Origin: the human T2T-CHM13v2.0 reference genome, Homo sapiens
Reading direction: 5' to 3' (one strand)
Assembly: GCF_009914755.1 (NCBI RefSeq)
Contig: NC_060938.1
DNA: 64,000 bases
Shown here: positions 10,600-24,500 of the stretch, one piece after another
Layout of the letters: each line of letters begins with the position of its first letter
Position numbering within the stretch: position 1 is the stretch's first letter
Translations under genes and position numbers: made by a program
Notes under the pieces: model-generated
Told to the model about the DNA's origin: nothing
Seen by the model: the letters and a program-made list of their open reading frames with translations, nothing else
The model's database searches: none

Positions 10600-13500
10600 A
10601 TGAAAACTAGACAGAAACATTCTCAGTACCTACTTTGTTATGTTTGCATTCAACTCACAGAGATGGACATACCTTTTCATAGAGCAGTTTTGGAAAACCC
10701 TTTTTGTAGAATATGCAAATGTATAATTGGAACGCTTTCAGGCCTTCGTTGGAAATGTGAATATCTTCAAATAAAAACTAGACAAAAGCATTCTCAGAAA
10801 CTTCTTTGTGATGTGGGCATTCAACTCACAGACTTGAATCTTTCTTTTCATAGAGCAGTCTTGAAACACTCTTTTTGAAGAATCGGCAAGTGGACATTTG
10901 GAGAGCTTTGAGGGCTATGGTGAGAAAGAAAATATCTTCACATAAAAGCCAGAACAGAAGCATTCTGAGAAACTTCTTTGTGCTGTTTGCATTCAACTCA
11001 CAAAGTTGAAAATACCTTTTCATAGAGGAGTTTTGAAACACTCTTTTCGTAGAATCTGCAAGTGGATATTTGGACTGCTTTTAGGTTTTCTTTGGAAACA
11101 GGAATATCTTTACATAAACACTAGACAGATGCATTCTCAGAAAGTTCTTTGTGATGTGTGCATTCAACTCACAGATTTGAACATACCTTGTCATAGAGCA
11201 GTTTTGAAACACTCGTTTCGTAGAATCTGCAAGTGGATATTTGGACTGCTTTGAGGCCTTCGTCGGAAACGGGAATATCTTCACATAAGAACTAGACAGA
11301 AGAATTCTGGGAAATTTCTTTGTGATGTGTGCATTCAACTCACAGAGTTGAACCTTTCTGTTGATAGAGCAGTTTGGAAACACTCTTTTCGCAAAATCTG
11401 CAGAGTGGATATTTGTACTGCTTAGAGGCCTTCGTTGGAAACGGGAATATCTCCACATAAAAACTAGACAGAAGCATTCTCAGAAACTTCTTTGTGATCT
11501 GCACATTCAACACAAAGAGTTGAATCTTCCTTTTGATAGAGCAGTTTTTAAACACTCTTTTTGTAGAATCTGCAAGTGGACATTTGGAAAGCTTTGAGGC
11601 CTGTGGTGGAAAAGGAAATACCTTCACATAAAAACCAGATGGAAGCATTCTCAGAAACTTCTTTGTATTGTTTGCATTCAACCCACAGAGTTGAACATAC
11701 CTTTTCACAGAGCAGTTTTTAAACACTCTTTTTGTAGAATCTGCAAGTGGACATTTGGAAAGCTTTGAGGCCTGTGGTGGAAAAGGAAATACCTTCACAT
11801 AAAAACCAGATGGAAGCATTCTCAGAAACTTCTTTGTATTGTTTGCATTCAACCCACAGAGTTGAACATACCTTTTCACAGAGCAGTTTTGAAACACTCT
11901 TTTTGTAGAATCTGCAAGTGGATATATTGAGTGCTTTGAGGCCTTCTTTGTAAACGGGAATATCTTCACATAAAAACTAGAGAGAAGCATTCTCAGAGCC
12001 TTCTTTGTGATGTGTGCATTCAACTCACAGAGCTGAACCACTCTTTTGAAGGAGCAGTTTGAAACATTCTTTTTGTAGAATCTGCAAGTGCAAAGCAAAG
12101 AGAGTTTTGAGGCCTACAGTGGAAAAGGAAATATCTTCACATAAAAACTGGACAGAACCATTCTCAAAAACATCTTTGTGATATTTGCATTCAACTCACA
12201 GAGTTGAACATACCTTTTCAGAGAGCAGTTTTGAAACACTCTTTTCGTAGGATCTGCAAATGGATATTTGGACTGCTTTGAGGCCTTCGTTGGAAAGAGG
12301 AATATCTTCACATAAAAACTAGACGGAAGCATTCTCAGCAACTTCTTTGTGATGTGTGAATTCAACTCACAGAGTTGAAGCTTTCTATTGATAGAGCAGT
12401 TTTGAAAAACCGTTTTTGTAGAATCTGCCAGTGGACATTTGGAGAGCTTGGAGGCCTACGGTGGAAAAGGAAATATCTTCACATAAAAACCAGACACAAA
12501 GATTCTCAGAAACTTCTTTGTGACGTTTGCATTCAACTCACAGAGTTGAACACACCTTTTCATAGAGCAGTTTTGAAGCAGTCTTTTCGTAGAATCTGCA
12601 AGTGTATATTTGGAATGCTTTGAGGCCTTCATTGTAAACGAGAATATCTTCACATAAAAACGAGACAGAAGCATTCTCAGCAACTACTTTGTGATGATTG
12701 CATTCAACTCACTGTGTTAACCTTTATTTTGATAGGGCAGTTTGGAAACACTGTTTTTGTAGCATCTGCAAGTGGTCATTTGGAGAGCTTTGAGGCCTAT
12801 GGTGGAAAAGGAAATATCTTCACATAAAAACAGGACAGAAGCATTTTCAGAATCTCCGCTGTGATGTTTGCATTGAACTCACAGAGTTGAACGTCCCTTT
12901 TCATAGAGCAGTTTTGAAACACTCTTCGTAGAATCTGCCAGTGGATATTTGGACTGATTTGAGGCCTTTGTTGGACACGGGAATATCTTCATATAAAAAC
13001 TAGAAAGAAGAATTCTCAGAAACTTCTTTGTGATGTGTGCATTCAACTCAGAGAGTTGAACTTTTCTTTTGATAGAGCAGTTTTGAAACAGACTTTTTGC
13101 AGAATCTGCAAGTGGACATTTGGGAAGCTTTGAGGCCTATGGTGGAAAATGATATACCTTCACATAAAAACCAGACAGAAGCATTTTCAGAAACTTCTTT
13201 GCGATGTTTGCATTCAACTCACAGTGTTAACCTTTATTTTCATAGAACAGTTTTGAAACACTGTTTTTGTAGCATCTGCAAGTGGTCATTTGGAGAGCTT
13301 TGAGGCCTATGGTGGAAAAGGAAATATCTCCACATAAAAACTGGACAGAAGCATTCTCAGAATCTCCTCTGTGATGTTAGCATTCAACTCACAGAGTTGA
13401 ACATACCTTTTCATAGAGCAGTTTTGAAACACTCTCTTCGTAGAATCCACAAGTGGATATTTGGACTGATTTGAGGCCTTTGTTGGAAACGGGAATACCT

Positions 13501-14357
13501 TCACATAAAATCTAGAAAGAAGAATTCTCAGAAACTTCTTTGTGATATGTGCATTCAACTCAGAGAGTTGAACTTTTCTTTTGATAGAGCAGTTTTGAAA
13601 CAGACTTTTTGTAGAATCTGCAAGTGGACATTTGGGAAGCTTTGAGGCCTATGGTGGAAAATGATATACCTTCACATAAAAAGAAGACAGAAGCATTTTC
13701 AGAAACTTCTTTGTGATGTTTGCATTCAAGTCACAGAGATGAAATACCTTTTCATAGCGCAGTTTTGAAAAACTCTTTTCGTAGTATCTGCAAGGGGATA
13801 TTTGGACTGCTTTGAGGCCTTCAGTGGAAACAGAAATATCTTAACATAAAAATTAGACAGAAGCATTCTCAGAAACTTCTTTGTGATGAGGCCATTCAAC
13901 TCACAGAGCTGAAGCACTCTTTTGAAGGAGCAGTTTGAAACATTCTTTTTGTAGAATCTGCAAGTGCAAAGCCAAGAGAGCTTTGAGGCCTACAGTGGAA
14001 AAGGAAATATCTTCACATAAAAACTGGACAGAAGCATTCTCAAAAACATCTTTGTGATATTTGCATTCAACTCACAGAGTTGAAAATAACTTTTCGTAGA
14101 GCAGTTTTGAAACACTCTTTTTGTAGAATCTGCAAGAGGATATTTGGACTGCTTTAAGGACCTCGTTGGAAAGGGAATATCTTCACATAAAAACTAGACA
14201 GAAGCATTCTCAGAAACACCTTTGTGATGGGGGCATTCAACTCAGAGAGTTGAACCTTTCTTTTGATAGAGCTGTTTTGAAACACTGTTTTTATAGAATC
14301 TGCAAGTGGACATTTGGAGACTTTTGAAGCATATGGTGGAAATGGAAATACCTTCCC
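10600..14357 (+). repeat. 22-mer variant with an extra m14/m13 hybrid monomer and an m5/m6-derived patch
   Basis: Period is 3,758 bp. GAAAGCTTTGAGGCCTGTGGTGG...CCAGATGGAAGC occurs twice (~11590, ~11760), and an m5-type segment lies at 12040-12183. Confidence 0.88.
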
Positions 14358-17300
14358 ATGAAAACTAGACAGAAACATTCTCATTACCTACTTTGTTATG
14401 TTTGCATTCAACTCACAGAGATGGACATACCTTTTCATAGAGCAGTTTTGGAAAACTCTTTTGGTAGAATATGCAAATGGATAATTGGAACGCTTTCAGG
14501 CCTTCGTTGGAAATGTGAATATCTTCAAATAAAAACTAGACAAAAGCATTCTCAGAAACTTCTTTGTGATGTGGGCATTCAACTCACAGACTTGAACCTT
14601 TCTTTTCATAGAGCAGTCTTGAAACACTCTTTTTGAAGAATCGGCAAGTGGACATTTGGAGAGCTTTGAGGCCTATGGTGAGAAAGAAAATATCTTCACA
14701 TAAAAGCCAGACAGAAGCATTCTGAGAAACTTTTTTGTGCTGTTTGCATTCAACTCACAAAGTTGAAAATACCTTTTCATAGAGGAGTTTTGAAACACTC
14801 TTTTCGTAGAATCTGCAAGTGGATATTTGGACTGCTTTTACGTTTTCTTTGGAAACAGGAATATCTTTACATAAACACTGGACAGATGCATTCTCAGAAA
14901 GTTCTTTGTGATGTGTGCATTCAACTCACAGATTTGAACATACCTTGTCATAGAGCAGTTTTGAAACACTCGTTTCCTAGAATCTGCAAGTGGATATTTG
15001 GATTGCTTTGAGGCCTTCTTCGGAAACGGGAATATCTTCACATAAGAACTAGACAGAAGAATTCTGGGACATTTCTTTGTGATGTGTGCATTCAACTCAC
15101 AGAGTTGAACCTTTCTTTTGATAGAGCAGTTTGGAAACACTCTTTTCTCGAAATCTACAGAGTGGATATTTGTACTGCTTAGAGGCCTTCGTTGGAAACG
15201 GGAATATCTCCACATAAAAACTAGACAGAAGCATTCTCAGAAACTTCTTTGTGATCTGCACATTCAACACAAAGAGTTGAATCTTCCTTTTGATAGAGCA
15301 GTTTTTAAACACTCTTTTTGTAGAATCTGCAAGTGGACATTTGGAAAGCTTTGAGGCCTGTGGTGGAAAAGGAAATACCTTCACATAAAAACCAGATGGA
15401 AGCATTCTCAGAAACTTCCTTGTATTGTTTGCATTCAACCCACAGAGTTGAACATACCTTTTCACAGAGCAGTTTTTAAACACTCTTTTTGTAGAATCTG
15501 CAAGTGGACATTTGGAAAGCTTTCAGGCCTGTGGTGGAAAAGGAAATACCTTCACATAAAAACCAGATGGAAGCATTCTCAGAAACTTCTTTGTATTGTT
15601 TGCATTCAACCCACAGATTTGAACATACCTTTTCACAGAGCAGTTTTGAAACACTCTTTTTGTAGAATCTGCAAGTGGATATATGGAGTGCTTTGAGGCC
15701 TTCTTTGTAAACGGGAATATCTTCACATAAAAACTAGAGGGAAGCATTCTCAGAGCCTTCTTTGTGATGTGTGCATTGAACTCACAGAGCTGAACCTTTC
15801 TTTTGATAGAGCTGTTTTGAAGCACTGTTTTTTAGAATCTGCAAGTGGATATATTGAGTGCTTTGAGGCCTTCTTTGTAAACGGGAATATCTTCACATAA
15901 AAACTAGAGAGAAGCATTCTCAGAGCCTTCTTTGTGATGTGTGCATTCAACTCACAGAGCTGAACCTTTCTTTTGATAGAGCTGTTTTGAAGCACTGTTT
16001 TTTTAGAATCTGCAAGTGGATATATTGAGTGCTTTGAGGCCTTCTTTGTAAACGGGAATATCTTCACATAAAAATTAGAGAGAAGCATTCTCAGAGCCTT
16101 CTTTGTGATGTGTGCATTCAACTCACAGAGCTGAACCTTTCTTTTGATAGAGCTGTTTTGAAGCACTGTTTTTTTAGAATCCGCATGTGGAAATTTTCAG
16201 AGCTTCGAGGCCTGTGGTGGAGAAGGAAATATCTTCACATAAAAACTAGACAGAAGCATTCTCAGAAACTTGTTTGTGACGTTTGCATTCAACTCACAGA
16301 GTTGAACATACCTTTTCATAGAGCAGTTTTGAAACACTCTTTTCGTAGGATCTGCAAATGGATATTTGGACTGCTTTGAGGCCTTCGTTGGAAAGAGGAA
16401 TATCTTCACATAAAAACTAGACGGAAGCATTCTCAGAAACTTCTTTGTGATGTGTGAATTCAACTCACAGAGTTGAAGCTTTCTATTGATAGAGCAGTTT
16501 TGAAAAACCGTTTTTGTAGAATCTGCCAGTGGACATTTGGAGAGCTTGGAGGCCTACGGTGGAAAAGGAAATATCTTCACATAAAAACCAGACACAGAGA
16601 TTCTCAGAAACTTCTTTGTGACGTTTGCATTCAACTCACAGAGTTGAACACACCTTTTCATAGAGCAGTTTTGAAGCAGTCTTTTCGTAGAATCTGCAAG
16701 TGTATATTTGGAATGCTTTGAGGCCTTCATTGTAAACGAGAATATCTTCACATAAAAACGAGACAGAAGCATTCTCAGCAACTACTTTGTGATGATTGCA
16801 TTCAACTCACTGTGTTAACCTTTATTTTGATAGGACAGTTTTGAAACACTGTTTTTGTAGCATCTGCAAGTGGTCATTTGGAGAGCTTTGAGGCCTATGG
16901 TGGAAAAGGAAATATCTTCACATAAAAACAGGACAGAAGCATTTTCAGAATCTCCGCTGTGATGTTTGCATTCAACTCACAGAGTTGAACGTCCCTTTTC
17001 ATAGAGCAGTTTTGAAACACTCTTCGTAGAATCAGCCAGTGGATATTTGGACTGATTTGAGGCCTTTGTTGGACACGGGAATATCTTCATATAAAAACTA
17101 GAAAGAAGAATTCTCAGAAACTTCTTTGTGATGTGTGCATTCAACTCAGAGTGTTGAACTTTTCTTTTGATAGAGCAGTTTTGAAACAGACTTTTTGCAG
17201 AATCTGCAAGTGGACATTTGGGAAGCTTTGAGGCCTATGGTGGAAAATGATATACCTTCACATAAAAACCAGACAGAAGCATTTTCAGAAACTTCTTTGC

Positions 17301-18453
17301 GATGTTTGCATTCAACTCACAGTGTTAACCTTTATTTTCATAGAACAGTTTTGAAACACTGTTTTTGTAGCATCTGCAAGTGGTCATTTGGAGAGCTTTG
17401 AGGCCTATGGTGGAAAAGGAAATATCTCCACATAAAAACTGGACAGAAGCATTCTCAGAATCTCCTCTGTGATGTTTGCATTCAACTCACAGAGTTGAAC
17501 ATACCTTTTCATAGAGCAGTTTTGAAACACTCTTTTCGTAGAATCCACAAGTGGATATTTGGACTGATTTGAGGCGTTTGTTAGAAACGGGAATATCTTC
17601 ACATAAAATCTAGAAAGAAGAATTCTCAGAAACTTCTTTGTGATATGTGCATTCAACTCAGAGAGTTGAACTTTCCTTTTGATAGAGCAGTTTTGAAACA
17701 GACATTTGTAGAATCTGCAAGTGGACATTTGGGAAGCTTAGAGGCCTATGGTGGAAAAAGATATACCTGCACATAAAAAGAAGACAGAAGCATTTTCAGA
17801 AACTTCTTTGTGATGTTTGCATTCAAGTCACAGGATGAAATACCTTTTCATAGCGCAGTTTTGAAAAACTCTTTTCGTAGTATCTGCAAGGGGATATTTG
17901 GACTGCTTTGAGGCCTTCAGTGGAAACAGAAATATCTTAACATAAAAATTAGACAGAAGCATTCTCAGAAACTTCTTTGTGATGAGGCCATTCAACTCAC
18001 AGAGCTGAACCACTCTTTTGAAGGAGCAGTTTGAAACATTCTTTTGTAGAATCTGCAAGTGCAAAGCCAAGAGAGCTTTGAGGCCTACAGTGGAAAAGGA
18101 AATATCTTCACATAAAAACTGGACAGAAGCATTCTCAAAAACATCTTTGTGATATTTGCATTCAACTCACAGAGTTGAAAATAACGTTTCGTAGAGCAGT
18201 TTTGAAACACTCTTTTTGTAGAATCTGCAAGAGGATATTTGGACTGCTTTAAGAACCTCGTTGGAAACGAGAATATCTTCACATAAAAACTAGACAGAAG
18301 CATTCTCGGAAACACCTTTGTGATGTGGGCATTCAACTCAGAGAGTTGAACATTTCTTTTGATAGAGCAGTTTTGAAACACTGTTTTTATAGAATCTGCA
18401 AGTGGACATTTGGAGACTTTTGAAGCATATGGTGGAAATGGAAATACCTTCCC
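14358..18453 (+). repeat. 24-mer variant (one extra m14/m13 hybrid plus two extra m15/m14 hybrids)
   Basis: Period is 4,096 bp. CCAGATGG occurs twice (~15392, ~15563) and CAGAGCCTTC three times (~15751, ~15921, ~16092). Confidence 0.88.
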
Positions 18454-21400
18454 ATGAAAACTAGACAGAAACATTCTCAGTACCTTCTTTGTTATGTTTG
18501 CATTCAACTCACAGAGATGGACATACCTTTTCATAGAGCAGTTTTGGAAAACTCTTTTGGTAGAATATGCAAATGGATAATTGGAACGCTTTCAGGCCTT
18601 CGTTGGAAATGTGAATATCTTCAAATAAAAACTAGACAAAAGCATTCTCAGAAACTTCTTTGTGATGTGGGCATTCAACTCACAGGCTTGAACCTTTCTT
18701 TTCATAGAGCAGTCTTGAAACACTCTTTTTGAAGAATCGGCAAGTGGACATTTGGAGAGCTTTGAGGCCTATGGTGAGAAAGAAAATATCTTCACATAAA
18801 AGCCAGACAGAAGCATTCTGAGAAACTTCTTTGTGCTGTTTGCATTCAACTCACAAAGTTGAAAATACCTTTTCATAGAGGAGTTTTGAAACACTCTTTT
18901 CGTAGAATCTGCAAGTGGATATTTGGACTGCTTCTAGGTTTTCTTTGGAAACAGGTATATCTTTACATAAAAACTAGACAGATGCATTCTCAGAAAGTTC
19001 TTTGTGATGTGTGCATTCAACTCACAGATTTGAACATACCTTTTCATAGAGCAGTTTTGAAACACTCGTTTCGTAGAATCTGCAAGTGGATATTTGGACT
19101 GCTTTGAAGCCTTTGTCGGAAACGGGAATATCTTCACATAAGAACTAGACAGAAGAATTCTGGGGAATTTCTTTGTGATGTGTGCATTCAACTCACAGAG
19201 TTGAACCTTTCTTTTGATAGAGCAGTTTGGAAACACTCTTTTCGCGAAATCTGCAGAGTGGATATTTGTACTGCTTAGAGGCCTTTGTTGGAAACGGGAA
19301 TATCTCCACATAAAAACTAGACAGAAGCATTCTCAGAAACTTCTTTGTGATCTGCACATTCAACACAAGGAGTTGAATCTTCCTTTTGATAGAGCAGTTT
19401 TTAAACACTCTTTTTGTAGAATCTGCAAGTGGACATTTGGAAAGCTTTGAGGCCTGTGGTGGAAAAGGAAATACCTTCACATAAAAACCAGATGGAAGCA
19501 TTCTCAGAAACTTCTTTGTATTGTTTGCATTCAACCCACAGAGTTGAACATACCTTTTCACAGAGCAGTTTTGAAACACTCTTTTTGTAGAATCTGCAAG
19601 TGGATATATGGAGTGCTTTGAGGCCTTCTTTGTAAACGGGAATATCTTCACATAAAAACTAGAGAGAAGCATTCTCAGAGCCTTCTTTGTGATGTGTGCA
19701 TTCAACTCACAGAGCTGAACCTTTTTTTTGATAGAGCTGTTTTGAAGCACTGTTTTTTTAGAATCTGCATGTGGAAATTTTCAGAGCTTCAAGGCCTGTG
19801 GTGGAGAAGGAAATATCTTCACATAAAAACTAGACAGAAGCATTCTCAGAAACTTGTTTGTGACGTTTGCATTCAACTCACAGAGTTGAACATACCTTTT
19901 CATAGAGCAGTTTTGAAACACTCTTTTCGTAGGATCTGCAAATGGATATTTGGACTGCTTTGAGGCCTTCGTTGGAAAGAGGAATATCTTCACATAAAAA
20001 CTAGACGGAAGCATTCTCAGCAACTTCTTTGTGATGTGTGAATTCAACTCACAGAGTTGAAGCTTTCTATTGATAGAGCAGTTTTGAAAAACCGTTTTTG
20101 TAGAATCTGCCAGTGGACATTTGGAGAGCTTGGAGGCCTACGGTGGAAAAGGAAATATCTTCACATAAAAACCAGACACAAAGATTCTCAGAAACTTCTT
20201 TGTGACGTTTGCATTCAACTCACAGAGTTGAACACACCTTTTCATAGAGCAGTTTTGAAGCAGTCTTTTCGTAGAATCTGCAAGTGTATATTGGGAATGC
20301 TTTGAGGCCTTCATTGTAAACGAGAATATCTTCACATAAAAACGAGACAGAAGCATTCTCAGCAACTACTTTGTGATGATTGCATTCAACTCACTGTGTT
20401 AACCTTTATTTTGATAGGGCAGTTTTGAAACACTGTTTTTGTAGCATCTGCAAGTGGTCATTTGGAGAGCTTTGAGGCCTATGGTGGAAAAGGAAATATC
20501 TTCACATAAAAACAGGACAGAAGCATTTTCAGAATCTCCGCTGTGATGTTTGCATTCAACTCACAGAGTTGAACGTCCCTTTTCATAGAGCAGTTTTGAA
20601 ACACTCTTCGTAGAATCTGCCAGTGGATATTTGGACTGATTTGAGGCCTTTTTTGGACAGGGGAATATCTTCATATAAAAACTAGAAAGAAGAATTCTCA
20701 GAAACTTCTTTGTGATGTGTGCATTCAACTCAGAGAGTTGAACTTTTTTTTTGATAGAGCAGTTTTGAAACAGACTTTTTGCAGAATCTGCAAGTGGACA
20801 TTTGGGAAGCTTTGAGGCCTATGGTGGAAAATGATATACCTTCACATAAAAACCAGACAGAAGCATTTTCAGAAACTTCTTTGCGATGTTTGCATTCAAC
20901 TCACAGTGTTAACCTTTATTTTCATAGAACAGTTTTGAAACACTGTTTTTGTAGCATCTGCAAGTGGTCATTTGGAGAGCTTTGAGGCCTATGGTGGAAA
21001 AGGAAATATCTCCACATAAAAACTGGACAGAAGCATTCTCAGAATCTCCTCTGTGATGTTTGCATTCAACTCACAGAGTTGAACATACCTTTTCATAGAG
21101 CAGTTTTGAAACACTCTTTTCGTAGAATCCACAAGTGGATATTTGGACTGATTTGAGGCCTTTGTTGGAAACGGGAATACCTTCACATAAAATCTAGAAA
21201 GAAGAATTCTCAGAAACTTCTTTGTGATATGTGCATTCAACTCAGAGAGTTGAACTTTTGTTTTGATAGAGCAGTTTTGAAACAGACTTTTTGTAGAATC
21301 TGCAAGTGGACATTTGGGAAGCTTTGAGGTCTATGGTGGAAAATGATATACCTTCACATAAAAAGAAGACAGAAGCATTTTCAGAAACTTCTTTGTGATG

Positions 21401-21513
21401 TTTGCATTCAACTCACAGAGATGAAATACCTTTTCATACACTGTTTTTATGGAATCTGCAAGTGGACATTTGGAGACTTTTGAAGCATATGGTGGAAATG
21501 GAAATACCTTCCC
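18454..21513 (+). repeat. HOR copy with an out-of-register ~526-bp deletion (m4 to m7)
   Basis: Period is 3,060 bp, with the junction ...ACCTTTTCATA|CACTGTTTTTAT... at 21438/21439. Confidence 0.88.
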
Positions 21514-24500
21514 ATGAAAACTAGACAGAAACATTCTCAGTACCTACTTTGTTATGTTTGCATTCAACTCACAGAGATGGACATACCTTTTCATAGAGCA
21601 GTTTTGGAAAACTCTTTTGGTAGAATATGCAAATGGATAATTGGAACGCTTTCAGGCCTTCGTTGGAAATGTGAATATCTTCAAATAAAAACTAGACAAA
21701 AGCATTCTCAGAAACTTCTTTGTGATGTGGGCATTCAACTCACAGACTTGAACCTTTCTTTTCATAGAGCAGTCTTGAAACACTCTTTTTGAAGAATCGG
21801 CAAGTGGACATTTGGAGAGCTTTGAGGCCTATGGTGAGAAAGAAAATATCTTCACATAAAAGCCAGACAGAAGCATTCTGAGAAACTTCTTTGTGCTGTT
21901 TGCATTCAACTCACAAAGTTGAAAATACCTTTTCATAGAGGAGTTTTGAAACACTCTTTTCGTAGAATCTGCAAGTGGATATTTGGACTGCTTTTAGGTT
22001 TTCTTTGGAAACAGGAATATCTTTACATAAACACTAGACAGATGCATTCTCAGAAAGTTCTTTGTGATGTGTGCATTCAAATCACAGATTTGAACATACC
22101 TTGTCATAGAGCAGTTTTGAAACACTCGTTTCGTAGAATCTGCAAGTGGATATTTGGACTTCTTTGAGGCCTTCGTCGGAAACGGGAATATTTTCACATA
22201 AGAACTAGACAGAAGAATTCTGCGGAATTTCTTTGTGATGTGTGCATTCAACTCACAGAGTTGAACCTTTCTGTTGATAGAGCAGTTTGGAAACACTCTT
22301 TTCGCAAAATCTGCAGAGTGGATATTTGTACTGCTTAGAGGCCTTCGTTGGAAACGGGAATATCTCCACATAAAAACTAGACAGAAGCATTCTCAGAAAC
22401 TTCTTTGTGATCTGCACATTCAACACAAAGAGTTGAATCTTCCTTTTGATAGAGCAGTTTTTAAACACTCTTTTTGTAGAATCTGCAAGTGGACATTTGG
22501 AAAGCTTTGAGGCCTGTGGTGGAAAAGGAAATACCTTCACATAAAAACCAGATGGAAGCATTCTCAGAAACTTCTTTGTATTGTTTGCATTCAACCCACA
22601 GAGTTGAACATACCTTTTCACAGAGCAGTTTTGAAACACTCTTTTTGTAGAATCTGCAAGTGGATATATGGAGTGCTTTGAGGCCTTCTTTGTAAACGGG
22701 AATATCTTCACATAAAAACTAGAGAGAAGCATTCTCAGAGCCTTCTTTGTGATGTGTGCATTCAACTCACAGAGCTGAACCTTTCTTTTGATAGAGCTGT
22801 TTTGAAGCACTGTTTTTTTAGAATCTGCAGGTGGATATATGGAGTGCTTTGAGGCCTTCTTTGTAAACGGGAATATCTTCACATAAAAACTAGAGAGAAG
22901 CATTCTCAGAGCCTTCTTTGTGATGTGTGCATTCAACTCACAGAGCTGAACCTTTCTTTTGATAGAGCTGTTTTGAAGCACTGTTTTTTTAGAATCCGCA
23001 TGTGGAAATTTTCAGAGCTTCGAGGCCTGTGGTGGAGAAGGAAATATCTTCACATAAAAACTAGACAGAAGCATTCTCAGAAACTTGTTTGTGACGTTTG
23101 CATTCAACTCACAGAGTTGAACATACCTTTTCATAGAGCAGTTTTGAAACACTCTTTTCGTAGGATCTGCAAATGGATATTTGAACTGCTTTGAGGCCTT
23201 CGTTGGAAAGAGGAATATCTTCACATAAAAACTAGACGGAAGCATTCTCAGAAACTTGTTTGTGATGTGTGAATTCAACTCACAGAGTTGAAGCTTTCTA
23301 TTGATAGAGCAGTTTTGAAAAACCGTTTTTGTAGAATCTGCCAGTGGACATTTGGAGAGCTTGGAGGCCTACGGTGGAAAAGGAAATATCTTCACATAAA
23401 AACCAGACACAAAGATTCTCAGAAACTTCTTTGTGACGTTTGCATTCAACTCACAGAGTTGAACACACCTTTTCATAGAGCAGTTTTGAAGCAGTCTTTT
23501 CGTAGAATCTGCAAGTGTATATTGGGAATGCTTTGAGGCCTTCATTGTAAACGAGAATGTCTTCACATAAAAACGAGACAGAAGCATTCTCAGCAACTAC
23601 TTTGTGATGATTGCATTCAACTCACTTTGTTAACCTTTATTTTGATAGGGCAGTTTTGAAACACTGTTTTTGTAGCATCTGCAAGTGGTCATTTGGAGAG
23701 CTTTGAGGCCTATGGTGGAAAAGGAAATATCTTCACATAAAAACAGGACAGAAGCATTTTCAGAATCTCCGCTGTGATGTTTGCATTCAACTCACAGAGT
23801 TGAACGTCCCTTTTCATAGAGCAGTTTTGAAACACTCTTCGTAGAATCTGCCAGTGGATATTTGGACTGATTTGAGGCCTTTGTTGGACACGGGAATATC
23901 TTCATATAAAAACTAGAAAGAAGAATTCTCAGAAACTTCTTTGTGATGTGTGCATTCAACTCAGAGAGTTGAACTTTTCTTTTGATAGAGCAGTTTTGCA
24001 ACAGACTTTTTGCAGAATCTGCAAGTGGACATTTGGGAAGCTTTGAGGCCTATGGTGGAAAATGATATACCTTCACATAAAAACCAGACAGAAGCATTTT
24101 CAGAAACTTCTTTGCGATGTTTGCATTCAACTCACAGTGTTAACCTTTATTTTCATAGAACAGTTTTGAAACACTGTTTTTGTAGCATCTGCAAGTGGTC
24201 ATTTGGAGAGCTTTGAGGCCTATGGTGGAAAAGGAAATATCTCCACATAAAAACTGGACAGAAGCATTCTCAGAATCTCCTCTGTGATGTTTGCATTCAA
24301 CTCACAGAGTTGAACATACCTTTTCATAGAGCAGTTTTGAAACACTCTTTTCGTAGAATCCACAAGTGGATATTTGGACTGATTTGAGGCCTTTGTTGGA
24401 AACGGGAATACCTTCACATAAAATCTAGAAAGAAGAATTCTCAGAAACTTCTTTGTGATATGTGCATTCAACTCAGAGAGTTGAACTTTTCTTTTCATAG

